Below, in pieces: positions 11,601 to 25,821 of a stretch of 64,000 nucleotides of DNA (the stretch's first letter is position 1; each line of letters starts with the position of its first letter). The translations under genes and the position numbers were made by a program. The notes beneath the pieces were generated by a model, which worked only from the letters and a program-made list of their open reading frames with translations, had not been told where the DNA came from and did not search any database. This stretch comes from Catajapyx aquilonaris. Taxonomy: Eukaryota. The DNA is taken from the NCBI GenBank assembly GCA_000934665.2, contig KZ538535.1, positions 1 to 64,000 on the forward strand. Reading direction: 5' to 3'.

Positions 11601-14034
11601 TGAGGCAGGAGTGAACACGCAACTTTATTTAGTGGTCTGCCCATTACCCACTGGCAGATTTACCATAAGGTCGAGAGCAAACGAGACTGCTCGGTCACTA
11701 GTAACCACTGCCGCACAAGCAAAGTACATTGATTGCTACGATCACGTCACTGACCATTAACACCTTGGACCATGCCACTTGCATTAGCTCCGCTACCATT
11801 CTTTTTATTTCTGGACAAGAGTGGTTTCTAGTAGTAGAGTTTCTCCTGGTTGAAAAATGAGTCCTATGCGGCTCAGCGGGTATTTACTGTAACAGTACTT
11901 AAGCAGTATGATGCTGCTGTTGTCAGGCTGCTGCTTGAATGATTTGAATCGTGACTTTTTTGCCGCGCATGCACCAGCGCCTCTGTCGGCGCGCTTCACA
12001 TGTTTCCATCAGTTGAGGTCCAGCTTCCTGTCCTGTAAAGGACTCCTTCGTCCGTGGCCGTAGCCAACAACCAGCTCAACCAGCTCACAAAGGCCGCCAA
12101 CAGAATAGGCAAACGAGTCATGCCCAGAGGAAAACAAAAGCCTGCAGCGGTTTCCGCAAAGACAAAGATGAAGGGAATTGCAGTTGTGTTGGTTGGGTGA
12201 AGTGGGGGGTAGGAGGGGGGGAGGGGAGAAGGTTTGCCACCAGCACACATCCACAAGTAACGTGAAACGAAGATCAAAGAAATAAAAATGGACGCTGGAG
12301 AAGTAGGAGATGGAGCTCAGTTGTGAAAAAAAAACACCTAACGACCTTTTAAAACCCTTTTCTCCTCACGAGAGTCGATAAAAGGTGTTTCAAAATAAAT
12401 GCACAAAAAAGAAAGAAAATAAGTCGCCCTTCTCCTTTGAACTGTGTAATGTCACAAAAAGAAACGTGGGCTTTGTATTAGTTAGTTATTAACATAGCCT
12501 TCAAACTCTTGCTTTTGTGTAAATTTGTATACAGTCAAAGCATATGGCAAGGCTCCAGGTTTATTATTTCACTATACGTCAAAAGTCAGTGTGCATAATT
12601 CGCTGATTACGTAAACTGCGGCAGAACTAAGATCATTCATTTTCCAACCGGTCCAATAAAATTTTGAAATCGTAGGATATTGTCAGAACAGGTAATACAG
12701 TATTTCGCATACATGTACTGTAGCGTACATGAGATTTTCTGCATGAACACTGTAGCCATAGAATATTTTAAATCCGTTCTCTAGGCTCTCACTAGGCTCT
12801 TCAGTTATAACTTTGAAAAATTCAAACAAAAACTAAGCAAATCCCGCACTCGGAAACCCGCAGGCAACAAAAACGAATGAGCACTGATCTGGTCCACCTT
12901 TTAGATCCCAAATGTTGCTACAACACAGTACACACCATCCGCGATTTACCAAATCCTCTCTAATCTATCGCGTCCTACCACAGTTAGATATGGGGACTTG
13001 TTTATGTTGACTCTTCCGTAAAACTGTCTCCATTCCAAAGAGGTTCGCTATTTAATGACACGGCGTCGTCTCCAGGGCAAAACCGTTCCCGGAAAAGCTC
13101 GTTTGATCGCCAACGTTCACTCATTATTCCCTGTCGAATTGGTCAAATATTATGACGGCAGCACACAGTAGCCTCTCCTTCATCCCTCAAGTGTCCCTCC
13201 CCCCTCTCGTCCGACTCATATTTGCCTACATCACAGAAGAGTTAGCAAACTGGGTCCAAGGCTGCTGGGCATTCCCAAGGCAACACTGCCACTCCACAAA
13301 GGTCGTGTCTAAAGCCTGCATCTGACAAGGCAGTAGTTGATCTCTCTTTACTCTCTTTACCCCCCCTTCCCCCATCCTCCCCATCTCGCTCTTTCTATTT
13401 CCCGAGGGTATGCCGGTGCTCTCGCTTTTACCCAAACTAATAATCTCCGGTATAACTAGGAAGGGGTATACTAGCAGTCTTGCAGAACCTGAAGCCAAGA
13501 GGCTGTCGAGGATTTGTATATGTACCCAAGCGAGCAAAAGGTAGGCGCAGAGGGGGATGGAGGGTGGCAGGTCCAGACACGTTCGTGCCGCCATGTTTGG
13601 GATGTTACCACGCGCCTGCCACTTGGAATTACACTACAGCAGCACTGAAGCCATTTCTGTACTGTGCCTGTTGAATTCTAGTTTACCAAACGGGTCTATC
13701 AGTCCAATCGGAGTGACGTTCTAATTAATTGGAGACGATTTCAGCTCCTACTTTGCAGCTTCTACTGCTTGTAAACAGGAAGCAAACGGACGGAATTAAA
13801 AGTTACAGAAACAGATGTTGGTCACAATTCTTCTCCTTCCTTCCCTTTCTACTTGCTCTCCACGGGATGGCATAAGTTATTGGTCCATTAGCATGCAGGC
13901 TCAACGACCAGCACACGCAACTAGCTACTTTTGCTCAATGATATAAATCTTTAGGGGGAAAAGCCCCTCGAACCAGATCATAATATTAGCGCACTCTTTC
14001 CTTTCAAACCGCTTTTTCCGGATGTGTTCAAGTA

Positions 14035-14184
14035 CCCGTAAGTGGGGGTGACTTTGTGACAAATCAGTTTTTCAAATCTCGCGCCACTATGCAAACCTTA
14101 ATAAGATATTTCTTGGTAAAACGTTAAACCATTTCTGCTGATACGAAAAACCTCAAAAACTGTCACAGTCCCCCCCACTTAAGG
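14035..14184. mobile_element. Degenerate TA-flanked MITE (Tc1/mariner/pogo-like)
   Basis: Imperfect TIRs CCCGTAAGTGGGGGTGACTTTGTGACA / TGTCACAGTCCCCCCCACTTAAGG with gTA...TAc flanks. Ends resemble the element at 33100. Confidence 0.65.
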
Positions 14185-17100
14185 TACGTTTGTTTGTCCC
14201 GTGACTCAATGTGGCGTACGGGAGTCATAAAATATATTATGGATCTATACAGTTCAGAAAAGCTGGGTAACTGTGTACAATACTGTATTTCACAGCACTA
14301 CTAATTAAATGTTGTACAGTGATTTTTTTGTCATCATAATGCTGGTTATGATATTCACCTGTTCAGTGTCACACTAAACATTATTGTCGTTGCCACATGG
14401 AAGTATGACAGTAGCTACAGTGCGATAGATACAGGCTATAGCCAGTAAATTACGAGTTATTGAACATTATTGCAAATTAATGTCATAGAACTTCATTCTG
14501 TCAAAATCTGTTTTGAAGAAATTGTACAGTAAATAGGCTTTATGGGATGGAATGGTAATAAATAATGGATTAATTTTGCCTGATGATACCGAAGGGAAAT
14601 CAGATATTTTTGTCCCAGCAGGTTAAAGAAAACCCAGAGATGAAAATATGATAATTACAAGGCCAAAATGTTGAATACGGATGTGGAGTTCATTCGGGAT
14701 TCTTCTGAAAGGGTTGTGATCAATATGAACGGAATGCATTAATTGCGGCGATAATGACTGAGTACCATTTGCCACTGAATTTAATGTCATTTACACTAAT
14801 GATTTCTTTTTGAGAACAGATCATTCGTTTAATATTTTTTTACACTTAATGAGGCTCAAAATAAATTCCAGATTTTTTGCTGATTAGGGCTTATATAGTC
14901 AGTAGATCTATAGTAGCATTATCTTCGGTTATTCCTCTCTTCATATTTCGTTATCTAAAATTCAGACCAAGCTAATAGCTCCTATGTGAAAGCCCAACTT
15001 CATTACGAACGAAGCTTCTATCTCATAACTATATTATGAATGATGTCACAAATTGATTAACGCCCCCCGTAATTAGATTCCAACGTATTAGCTTTAAACA
15101 TTAGGCACTGCAGTATTGCAGTTTGTAGTGGAAATGTTCAATGAATACTGACACAGTAAAATATTGGTAGTGTGTGTGTGGAGTTTGCAAGGACGGCTAA
15201 TTAAAAGGGACTAAACTCGCGTGTGCTAATAATACTAATTTATTATGAACAGGATTAAGTGGAAAATTCGGTACAGTTAAATAATATATCCATATTGCAT
15301 ATACGAGTGAAATATGCTTTCTCGTTTTCTTTCTGCTCGAAAGTAGCATCAAGAGCCCTGGAACCACAATCCTCGTGAGCCGATGACATACTGTTTAGAG
15401 AATTTAACGTACACCTAGAAACGAAAAGAGGATTTGGTTCCACCATACATTGTACCCATATTAGCGAAAATGTTCACCCTCAGCAACACAATACGACACT
15501 TACAGTATATGTTGTGAGAAGCAGACACAATACACCTCGACTCGAACACGACGGTCAACAAGCAAAATGTATCTTCTGGTGGCTTTCATCTTCTGAGACA
15601 GTTTGAAGTAGTTTTCTCTACTCTTTTCTTTCATTTTTTAGCAGATAGTCTGGAGTAGACTGTATTCGGAAGCCAGGCACGATCTAAGCTTTCTCATTCC
15701 GATCTCCGTCTGGTCACTTGGAGAGAACAAAAGGAAAAGAGAGAAAAAAAGGCACCGTCTTTGGTGCAGCGGAGACAAGGCATGCCGGAAAATGAGGAGC
15801 ATGGGCCATTGACAGGCATGTCTCCGTTCCACGTCTCAGCCTCCCCCTATTCTGTACCATCCGACCGATTCTGACGTTGGTCGTTCCCTTGCTTGTAGCC
15901 ACCGACATTCCCACTCTCTTCCTACTTCCACCTCCCACAAATAACATTTTCTTCTCTCTCCTAGATCGCTCAAAAAAAAAGTCCACTCTAATATAGTTGC
16001 TTTTCCCAAGAGATTTGGGCTTCCTTTTTTGCGACGTGTCAGGACCTGTCCCATACATGCTACAGCAGGCCGGCCCCTCGTCACTTATTCAAATGTGGGC
16101 CTATATCTAATGAACGAAGCCGCCATTGCAAAAATGAAGCACACAATGCAGGACACTGGAATTTTAAAAAAATTGTAATAAATCAATTTAACATTTACAT
16201 CCTCAGCACCACGGTAGCTACTTTTCATAGCCTGCATCCGATAGAATGGAACAATGTGCATTTTTTAAGCTGGAGTATATATGCTGGTTGAGCCAACTTG
16301 TTCCAAGAAACATGTCAGAATTATCTGTAATACATCCAGAGGTTTGTCCGGATAATAATAGTATTTGTGAATTTCCAAGCTGTCATTTTCCCGCCTTGTT
16401 ATTATGTATGTGTATGTGGAGAGGGCTGGGTGGATTGGGAGGATGGGGGAGGGGGGGTGATCCGTACTTGTAACCCAGTTTTCGGGTCTCATGCAGTTCG
16501 ATCCGTCTCCACTGTCAACAAAACCGACATTTGAGAAACGTCGGAACTCTCTTCCGACTCACCCATCAATAATCGCGACAACTTTCTTTATCTTGCCGTC
16601 AAAGTTTCGAATTGGCCCCCACAACCTCTCCTATCACCTCTTGCCTTTCACCCCCCCCCCCCTCCAACATCTACCGTGAAACTTTTGGCATTTTCCACAC
16701 TTTTTCCTCCACATCGCTGTGAAGTCCTGTATACACCGATCTTACACTGCAAAAAAACCAGAAATATTTGGTTCCAACATACCTTGTATATTTTGAAACC
16801 TGCGAAGTTGTACATAATCTTGAGACCGTCAGTGTCTAACATAGGTTTGACTGTAGTTACTTTAAAAACTAGAGACATCTCCTTACCCTCTTCCAAACTA
16901 ATTCCATGCATTTTCTCATCATTTTAACCCTCTTCTCAACACGAGCCACCCCATAATAAAAGGTTGCTGAGCAGCCCGGTCATATTTTCAAACTCGGAAA
17001 CTTCCAAATGACTCTTTGTTGCCGTAATCTACTGCATATTTAACGCTTTTATTCTCCTCCTCGTAAAAAAAGAAGAGGCGAAAGTGCCCCATGCACATTG

Positions 17101-18156
17101 TTATCTGAGGCCTGGTTTTTTAAAAAAAACTGGAGAAGAAATAGGGTGCAAAGTGAACAGAAGAAAAATGAATGGCCATAATAGGGCCGAAGTTCGTTGT
17201 ATTTGTGCAAGTCAAGGAGAGTGAAGCCTATTCTAGCGAATTCCGTCTCCGTTTTAATTAGCGCTAGGAGGTATCCGACATAAACGTTTGACAAGACCCG
17301 GCTGCAAGAGCTCAATAAAGGGACGGGGAATGGGGGAGACCCATCTCGGCTGTACTTTTATCAGAGGAGTCTCCCCCGATTTTCCTTGGAAACTTTGCCC
17401 TCTTATCGCCTCCCTTTTCTACAACTTACACTCGTGATATCTCCCCCCAGCAGACAGTCAATCCAGGGAACATTTATTGCTACTTTTCCAATGAATTCTG
17501 GGACCTGACTTGCCTATGTGATTGGACACGTTTTATGTTGCCATGTGTGTTCTTTGACAAACTAGCCAGGTTCGTTGTAAGGTCTGATGATGTTTCATTA
17601 ATTATGACTAGAAAGTGCAGTGTAAGGTGGTATGGTTAGAATGGTTGTTTCATAATTTTGTTTGAAGTCAAACTTGTTGCTGGTACTTCTTGTGTTTGTT
17701 CCCAGAAGAAAACTTTTGGCTTTTCTTGTTGCGTCACCGACTCTCTCAACCATTTGCTTATCATTGCAAAATGCACCACTCCTTTCAGCAAGAAACTTAT
17801 TTTGTGTGCGATCTCATTTATGTTCATTTTCATGTTTGCTCCATTATAGCGCTTATTTGTGACGACTGAAAGAAACCAAGTATTTCTTGCCGCACTTTTT
17901 TTTATTTATATCTACGATTTGTGGAATGGAGAGGTTGAGTAACCTGAGACGTCACGCAATTATTTTTTTATAGATCTGGTGTATTACACTGAAAATATGG
18001 ACAACTATATTGTATAGTTCACATGAATTGTACAATATTTGCTCATGTTTTGACAAAGAAGCACTAATGAATAATTATCTGACATAATATCTTGATTCTG
18101 GGAAGGTTTACGATCTTAGTTGAAATTCAAATCTGGCAGGACACACCAGTACAAAA

Positions 18157-18273
18157 CCTGGCGAAAAAAAACTCATCAATTGAAGTTGCCAGGACCGAGA
18201 ATGGAACCCTTGCACGCATATCCCACTTGGCTGGCCAGTGCAATGGCCTAACCACTAGACCACCGTGTCCCTC
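18157..18273 (-). mobile_element. Degenerate tRNA-derived SINE head
   Basis: Minus strand reads GGGACACGGTGGTCTAGTGGTTAGG (A box) ... GGTTCCATTCTC (decayed B box). It resembles the heads of the SINEs ending at 23060 and starting at 53289. Confidence 0.55.
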
Positions 18274-19763
18274 CTGACTTTGCCCACACCTACTTCAACT
18301 ATTCGCTAACCACAGTGTCCCCCATCACACAACAGGAACTGACCTGTGTGCTATTCACGTTCTAACCGCTGCCATGATGCTATCTGACGTGTGATTAATC
18401 CACACTCTGCACTAACATAGTGCATCTGAAAGATAAGCATATCAGGGTGTTGAACCATTTGGTCAATTTATTTTGGGTAAATAATTATATTCTAAAGGGT
18501 TTCAACCGGAACTGTTTCATTGATGCATACATCCAGGTTCATTACAAAATTATCAACAAATCTTGTTTGTCAAACAGACTTTGCTCTTCATGTGCCAAAG
18601 GCATTGTTTTGAGTTTAGGACCACTATTCATATTGGTTAACTTGCTATTGCTTGCATGTCCTTATACAAACTGCCTACCCTTCGTACCCAAGGGTTTGGT
18701 GTTTTGAATTCTCTTGGCTCAAGTCTAAGCAAAATGCAGAGTTCCGAACAGCGCAGTACATTCCCCAGGGAAGGGAATGTGAGTCAACGTATTCATCAGT
18801 CATAATACCTGAAAGCTATACTGTAATTTCAGTGGAGTAGAAAGTACTGAGAAGAGACCAGGGACCTTATTGTTATACCTTCGTTATGTGATAAATATTG
18901 CATTACTGTTCAAGCAAGACTATACTTATTATTAAACTCATGAATAGAAAGTGAGCACCTACTCAAAAGATTCTGGAGTCCACCATTGAAGGGGAGGCTA
19001 CTGTGGAATACTGAAATCCTTAAAGCCTATATGCGATAATATGTTCATTTTAGACCAAAAATGGACTAAACAGTTTAACAATATATTAACTCATATTAAT
19101 AATACACTGCCTATTAAAAAAACATTGCTTGTCCCCTAAAATGGAAATGTGACATTAACTTGTGTCCTGCAGTGCATGGATAAAACAACATGAACATGTT
19201 TTCCAGTCTCCATAGCACGTATCTGGACCATTTTGTTAACTCTGGTCTGATGTATTTGTTACGTGAATATATGCTACAGTAGGTTGTGTTGACTGAAGAG
19301 AAAATTGTGCTGAAAAAATATCCTCGAAGCTGTGTGTACTTTGAAAAAGAGGCCGCGATTTTGGGGCTGAGAGGAATGCCCTATCGGTTGTACGCGACCA
19401 CCCTTTGAAGAATTTTTATCTGCAGCATCGCTGCAAAGCACCATTTCCAATATAGCTAGTGCAGTGTGGGGTTCATTTTCCTCCAGGGTTTCCGTTCACT
19501 AATTAATAAATAATGACTGCATCTCCACCTTAATATTTTGCATGATAATTTAAATTAAACATGACACGATGTAATCCTGCAACTAAGGCCTGTACTACAA
19601 TATAACCTTATAATCCTGCACGTCTTGATTAATTAATAAATGTGGCAAGAACCTATACGCAGCAGCTAGTGGTCACATAGGATACCACATGATAAGCTGG
19701 CCGCTTGACCATTGAAGTTACGTAGAAGAACCTCAGCCCCCGGAGACTTCCCCTACAATCTTA

Positions 19764-20069
19764 TCTTATCGCCTGCCGGGGCGGTTTGCATGAGGTGCTC
19801 ACCTGAGAGCGCCATGAGACCGTTCATTGCGCTATTATGTGGCGACCCTACCGGACTAAGCTGAGCTTTATATAGGCACAAAAGGGAAGCGCTACATTGG
19901 GGGACCCAACATGGTCGCCAGCGGTCATGTTGGGCCCGCGTGTAGCGCTTCTCTTCTACCTTAGTTCAGCATAGTCCGGTATGGTCGCCACAAAATAGCG
20001 CAGTGAAAAGCTGTCTCATGGCGCTCTCAAGTGAGCGCCTCATGCAAAACTTCCCAGTAGGCGATAAGA
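19764..20069. mobile_element. About 305-bp foldback element (long imperfect palindrome)
   Basis: Arms pair along the whole length: TCTTATCGCCT/AGGCGATAAGA, TTTGCATGAGG..CTCAC.TGAGAGCGCCATGAGAC, TGTGGCGACC.TACCGGACTA.GCTGA, GAAGCGCTACA, CCCAACATG. The centre is near 19919. Confidence 0.85.
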
Positions 20070-21793
20070 GGGAGTGTCCAGACCTTAGTATTCTAAGACC
20101 ATGGAGGAACCCTACTTCCCACACATACATCCCCGCTTCCAGTAGATGGAGTTAGTTGGCAGTTTTCAGTTTGGCAAAGAGATGGCGTGGATCCCGGGGT
20201 GTCGTCCGGCGGACCTGGGGGGAGGCTCCATGTTCTATAGTCAGCTGGATACGAGTAGGTTGTTGGCAACCTGGGTATTGGACCACAACCGCGATCCTGA
20301 GGTGAGATGACTTAGGGAGGTCAGATCTCACAATGGTTATAGCTAACTTGAACAAGCGTGTTGAAGTTAAAACGAGATGGCATCCAGGTAAAACGAATTC
20401 ATCTACACCAATCCGGTCAACAGGCTCCTTTTCGTGACTAACTTCCTACTACATCGTAGGACCGTGGGGGTGTTGGGTGGAAGCTGGAGAAAGAGGATCT
20501 CGCCAGCCAGCAGAATTGGGGTGTCTGTCCATTTCCTCCAGTTCCTAACCTAGTTTCCCATCCGTGAGGCCAAGCTAGGACTGAGTTTCCAAAGCGAAAC
20601 GCCTTTGCTCTTGCACATCACGCTGGGAGGAGGAAAGAGAGCCCAAAAGTGCTAAATGGCAAGATTGATCGAAGCAAGCCTCCTCCTCCCCACTTTCCAC
20701 CGACGCTGCTATTCCTGCCCCCACCTCCATCCTACCCCTCCTTCCCATCCAACCCAAGCAGAATCACGGCACTTGGTATTTGTACCAAAAAGCACGAGAC
20801 CTTGTCGGAGTCAAGTGTGTTGTCGCCAACTTGGTCCGATAAGAAAACAAACCTCCTCGTGCTATAAAGAGGAACTGGGGATGGGAGGGGGGGAAGGCGG
20901 GGGGTATGGAAGAGTAGAAGGAAGGAAGAGAAGTGACGCAGCACGCTTTTGCTTATCTCGGACCTGAATAATATTTCACTTCCTTGCGCTTCTTCCTCGC
21001 CCATTTCTTCCGCCACTACACAAAAGGGTGGCTGCGGTTGATGCGGTGGAAAAGAGAACTGTGGCTTCATTGGCACAGGCCAACCACATCTCCTGCTGTG
21101 AAACGAGGGGGCAAAATGCCACTTCAAATGATCCATTTTGGTCAAAGGTACATACATTTGCACGTGAGGGCGCACAGCATAATGGGGTCCTATAGCCTAC
21201 ATTTTGCAAACCAAGTTGCAAACCCATGTAGAAAATTGTCTTTATTTCTATAGGAATTTTGGTGTTTTTTGTTTGAAGATATGCATATCAGTTTTTGAGC
21301 TATGATCGATCTAATATCACAATAATTTTATGGTATCGTATTGCCCTCTGACGTCACTGTTGCTAAACAGATCGGTGCAGAGGCAGGAATGCACCCGGAC
21401 TGCTTTGTTCCTTTGTTTCCTAACAACGGAATCGAATAACCGCCAGTAAATAAGCCGAATCGAACGACCGCGCCAGGAAACGGTCTGCTGACGTCACTGT
21501 TGTTAGCTTGGTTAGGCAGGAGTGGCAATACCCTTTTTGGACAAATTGAGTGTGAATTTAAAATCCCCGATAATAATTTATCGAGTAATTACATTTTGGT
21601 ACCGAAAAGTGGTGGAATGCATGTTACGATGTATGGTTGAGCTATTCGTATACAAATTACCCAAATCCCAGGCCAAGGCTAGGACACCATTATCATGTAG
21701 TTCAAAAGTCTGTGTGAGTTGGGTTGCGTTATGCCAGGATGAATTCATTGGAGGTGGAAGACATCCTTTGGATACATCGAGAGTTATCATGTA

Positions 21794-21937
21794 CCAATAA
21801 TCGAGGCAACGACTAGAGACATTTTCCCGAAGCGGCAGAAGAAGGAATCTTGCTCGCCCGGCTTCTAGCATGCTTATCTTCGATTCCTTCTTCTGCCGCT
21901 TCGGGAAAATGTCGCTAGTCGTTGCCTCGATTATTGG
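21794..21937. mobile_element. Foldback MITE with ~55-bp arms
   Basis: CCAATAATCGAGGCAACGACTAG(A/C)GACATTTTCCCGAAGCGGCAGAAGAAGGAATC and its reverse complement, with one mismatch. Preceded by gTA. Confidence 0.85.
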
Positions 21938-21948
21938 CCAGTACTGTA

Positions 21949-22094
21949 CTATGGGACTCAAATTGCTTTGGCCACTTTATCCTGGTCTTGAAGCAACCCT
22001 TCGCACAGGCTCCACGGTGAGCAGGTGTGTCTGTGTGTGTGAAGGGTTGCTTCAAGACCAGGATAAAGTGGCCGAAACAATTTGAGCCCCATAG
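21949..22094. mobile_element. CTAT...ATAG MITE family, copy 2
   Basis: Same core GGCCACTTTATCCTGGTCTTGAAGCAACCCTTC in both arms as copies 1 and 3. Left TA is present; right TA is not conserved. Confidence 0.9.
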
Positions 22095-22795
22095 ATCGTG
22101 TAGAAAAGCGAACCTGGTTTTGTGAGTACAAACTCACTTTTTCTCCTTTTTGGAACCCTATGTGGTGCAAAATCCCTGTTGGCACCAGGCTACTGTAGTT
22201 TGGGTTAACATTGTGCCGAACAAAAACAGACCTGGTGAAACAGGCCGTACGTCATCTTGATGAACCGATGTCGTTGATGGCGTTAGTTCACTGTTCTGTA
22301 CCGTGAGCGTTTTAGTGCAAGTTACTAAGCTTCACCTTCTGTCAGTGCGCCAGTCAGAACTTTTTTATTGGTGGAAAGGGGGAGGTAGATGGGAGGGGAG
22401 GAAAGAGATTAAATTTGCTCCGCCCTCACTCCTATTCCCAAACGTACCTAAAACGCTAAAAAGGCGTGTCAGAGCCTCGTGGGGTCATCCAAATTTTTAT
22501 TTAGAAAACTATCGACCAAATGTTCACTTGGCGTAGCTTTCAAAAAGTGTGTGCCAGAGGTACAGGGGGAATCAAAACCTGTCGGCTACGCTTTCGTATC
22601 GGGAGACCCCGCACTTTTACCTACTTTCCTGTAGGGTTGTATCTGCTGAAAGATATGCGTGTATCCGCTGAAAAATAGGTGTGTATCCGTCGGGAAGGAA
22701 AGTTCGGTCATGGAGTAGGTTGGTACAGCGTGCCCTTACCCCTGCCACATTCTGTCTCCCTATATGAAAGTCTTTCCATCCTGTCTACTGAAGTT

Positions 22796-23060
22796 TGTTT
22801 GTTTGTTTGTAATACCCCGTGATAGGGCCAGGGGTCCTCTTAGTGGGGAGGGCTCTCTTAAGTAGTCATTTCTGACCCTCTTGAATACCATACCTTTTCT
22901 CTTGTCCCTGGGCAGAAAAGGGGGTGAATTCTGCCCGGACATGCCAGGTGAAAATCGGAAAAAGACCCGACCAAGCGAATGTGGCGGGGACGGGATTTGA
23001 ACCCCGGACCTCCTGCTTGGTTAGCCAGTAGCTTAGCCACTAGACCACCATGCCCCCCAT
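22796..23060 (-). mobile_element. tRNA-derived SINE
   Basis: Minus strand: A box TGGTCTAGTGG, B box GGTTCAAATCC, 3' hairpin ending ATCACGGGGTA, then an (ACAA)n tail. TSD CTGTCTACTG(A/C)AGTT at 22781-22795 and 23061-23075. Confidence 0.9.
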
Positions 23061-24441
23061 CTGTCTACTGCAGTTGCTATTATGTTAGAGTCAATGTAGA
23101 GTGTCCCCCAACTTTGTATAGGACCTGATCTTTTTCATTTCAAAAATATCAAATATTAAATAGGCTATTTCAAATATTCAAATATTCATAGTTGACCAAT
23201 GCTCCACTGCAATTCTCCCGATGCGTAGCAACCTCATATTTCCCAGCTAATGTCTGCAAACATCAGTCAAACAAGTGCTCCATTACGCCATTACTGTTGC
23301 ATAAGGTTGTAAACACAATCACATAATGAGATATTCCACGGCCGAGCTGCACTCCAGGAGCAAAGCATTGGAGAAAACAAGAGACATTAATACTGCAACG
23401 CTCACTTATCAGCCGAATATGAAACGTGAACACGACCAGAGCATCAACATGCCCAGAAAAGCGCCACAGACTAGACTCCGGTACATAATTCAGAGAAAAT
23501 CTCATTAGCAAAGGGTAAAAGTGTCTCGCCTCTGCAAACATGCCTTCAGCATGAGAGAACTGGTTGAGTTGCATGTATGCAGAGTTGGACAACGTGCAGA
23601 AGTGAAACAAGTGAAGGAACAGCCCCCTCGGTGGAGGGAGAGTGCTAACTCCCTCCCAGTCCTGCTCCACTCCCTTCTTCTTCCATCTCTGGCGTGCATG
23701 CCCCAGCACACACTTCTGGAGAGACAAGAGCTTCTGACGTGAAATGCGTGCGACAGTCATCTCCCACCAGCTTGCTTGAATTGCAAATCAAGAGGGTAGC
23801 AGTTGGCTGGACCGTTTTTCTCATCTCGTTATCATTTCTGCACTAGAACTTAAGGTATTACCCCCCCCCCCTTTACCACACCACCTGCCCTCCAATTCGT
23901 ACACAAAAAAATTGAGCAAATACGCATATATGGAACTCCTGTTTCCACATTTATTCAAGCGTCTTTGGAGGACCTGCCTGCTGTGAAGGGTCCTCCATGT
24001 CATTTTAATTAATTTGCATTATTAGCCTAATTAGGCAGCATGCTTGCCTATACGTGGCAAACCTGTGATTTCCCCCATGGCACAAGCCCCGGGCTCCTAA
24101 ATTGGCTGCTCGTCGCTTTTTCTCCGACTGTACCTATACTGTCGCTAAGAAAACCCGGTGAAAAGTCATGCTTCAATTTCAGCCTCGACCGACTCTAGAA
24201 ACTTTTTAATGAACTCATGCTGTATCAGTCGGCAAGATCAGATTCATTTTTATCCGGCTTTGATTGGAGAAGCAGACATGAAATGTGTTTTAGTATTTCT
24301 CGTACGGTTGTACCTATACGAATAACACGCTTTTCCCCCCCAGTTTGGGACCAAGAAAATGCAAATACAGTCGTGTGTTTTGGAGGGAAACATAATATTA
24401 GTACAGATACTTGACTGACGAGTGGTTTGGTTGCATTACAG

Positions 24442-24555
24442 TTCCGCCGCAGAAGCTGAGCATCCTGGACGACCGTGGTTCCGACATCAACTCGGTGATC
24501 ATCGGACCGTACAACGAGGGCGCCTCGTTGGTTCTCACGTGCGTGGCTACGGGAG
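24442..24555 (+). CDS. Internal coding exon (phase 1/1) of a Sidestep-family / nephrin-like Ig-superfamily adhesion protein; N-terminal part of Ig domain 2
   Basis: Acceptor ttacag and donor gtgagc; 114 nt; GC-rich third codon positions. Encodes (V)PPQKLSILDDRGSDINSVIIGPYNEGASLVLTCVATG(G), matching the Side-family pattern VPP..I.D..G....IGPY.EG..L.L.C...GG. Confidence 0.9.
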
Positions 24556-25821
24556 GTGAGCAATTATTCTGCATGTGTCAAGTAGCACGCTAGATTCAAG
24601 CTCATGCAATGCATTATGTACTGAAACCCGTCCTTTTGGAATCTTCAACAACGGTTCTCCGATATTTATTTAATTACGTGACCATAGGGCAGCAGGACAG
24701 TGTTGATTTCATGTTTGAAATGAACCCCCTCCTGGTCCCTCCATGTTACATGCGCAACTGTATAGGCTACATCAAAGCTGAAATCCCGGTGGGGACCCCC
24801 TCTAATACCGAATTCATCGTCCCTTTTTTGATGAACTTCCACAACGGAAATTGTGCCATCATATTCATCAACAATCCATCCAGGCAACTTGTTGCCTAAT
24901 TACCCACTTATTATTACACTTTTAAAAAAACTGTGCCTCACCAATTAGGATGAATAACTCCGCCCCAAGTTATTTATTTCCGGGGGTGAACCAGCTATGT
25001 GTTATAGATTCAAGCCCTAGCATAGAGCGTTTTCAGCAGCTCCAACATAGCCGATATCCATTTTTGACGCCAGCTTGCCTATAGCTGATGCACTGCACCA
25101 TTCTATCTGAAAAAGACTTGACTGACATACTGGTGCTATCTGCACACGGTCTCTCCTCCCCAAAAAGCCTGGCCGGCTACTATCGCTTCGATTTCCCGTT
25201 ACTTTCTACGCCTCTTCATCGAGCGCAGGTTCGGGCCTCTATTTTTTTGTATAAAAATGGGGGAGCCAGGGGACGGGGGGCTTTATAGTAGACAACCACA
25301 GGGAAAAGGCGGGTCGAGAGAGACCTAAATTGCAAAATGCGTTGTCATATTCCATGGAGCCTATAGTACTCTCGAAACCGCAGGCTCACTCAGCAACCTG
25401 GCGGCGGCATCTGCTGCGAGCTAAAGTTTAGACAAGTGCCGGGGAGACCCTCACTGCTTCCCCCCCCCCCCGCCTTCCCCCCGCAGGCTCTTTATTTTGG
25501 CATTTCCATCCATAGCGTGGGTGGGCGCCTGGAGTGTGCTGGTGGTGGAGGGAGGGGGGGCATGAGTACATCTTGAGGCTGTTAGCCCCTGAATGTATCT
25601 AAAAAAGATGTGGCCTGCCAGTGTATTGATCTGTCACGCTCAACATGAGTCCATTAGGGAACCGCATGCGTTCCCGCGGGCTGCTGTACGGATCCATACT
25701 GTGTAGTTACCTACCTACAGTAGCTGCATCCACCCTCAGCTTTCCGGGACCATGAGTGGGCTCAGCTGGCTCGGACGTAACTGGCTGGCCAATCAGAGAG
25801 CGAGTTGGGGTCACCAGACGA

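Noticed and set aside
21338..21533. Weak inverted ends (GTATTGCC/GGCAATAC) with a repeated CTGACGTCACTGTTG
   Set aside because: Probably an old MITE, but the TIRs are short and no TSD is visible.
24225..24563. 112-aa minus-strand ORF
   Set aside because: Antisense shadow of the real + strand exon, with no recognisable motif.
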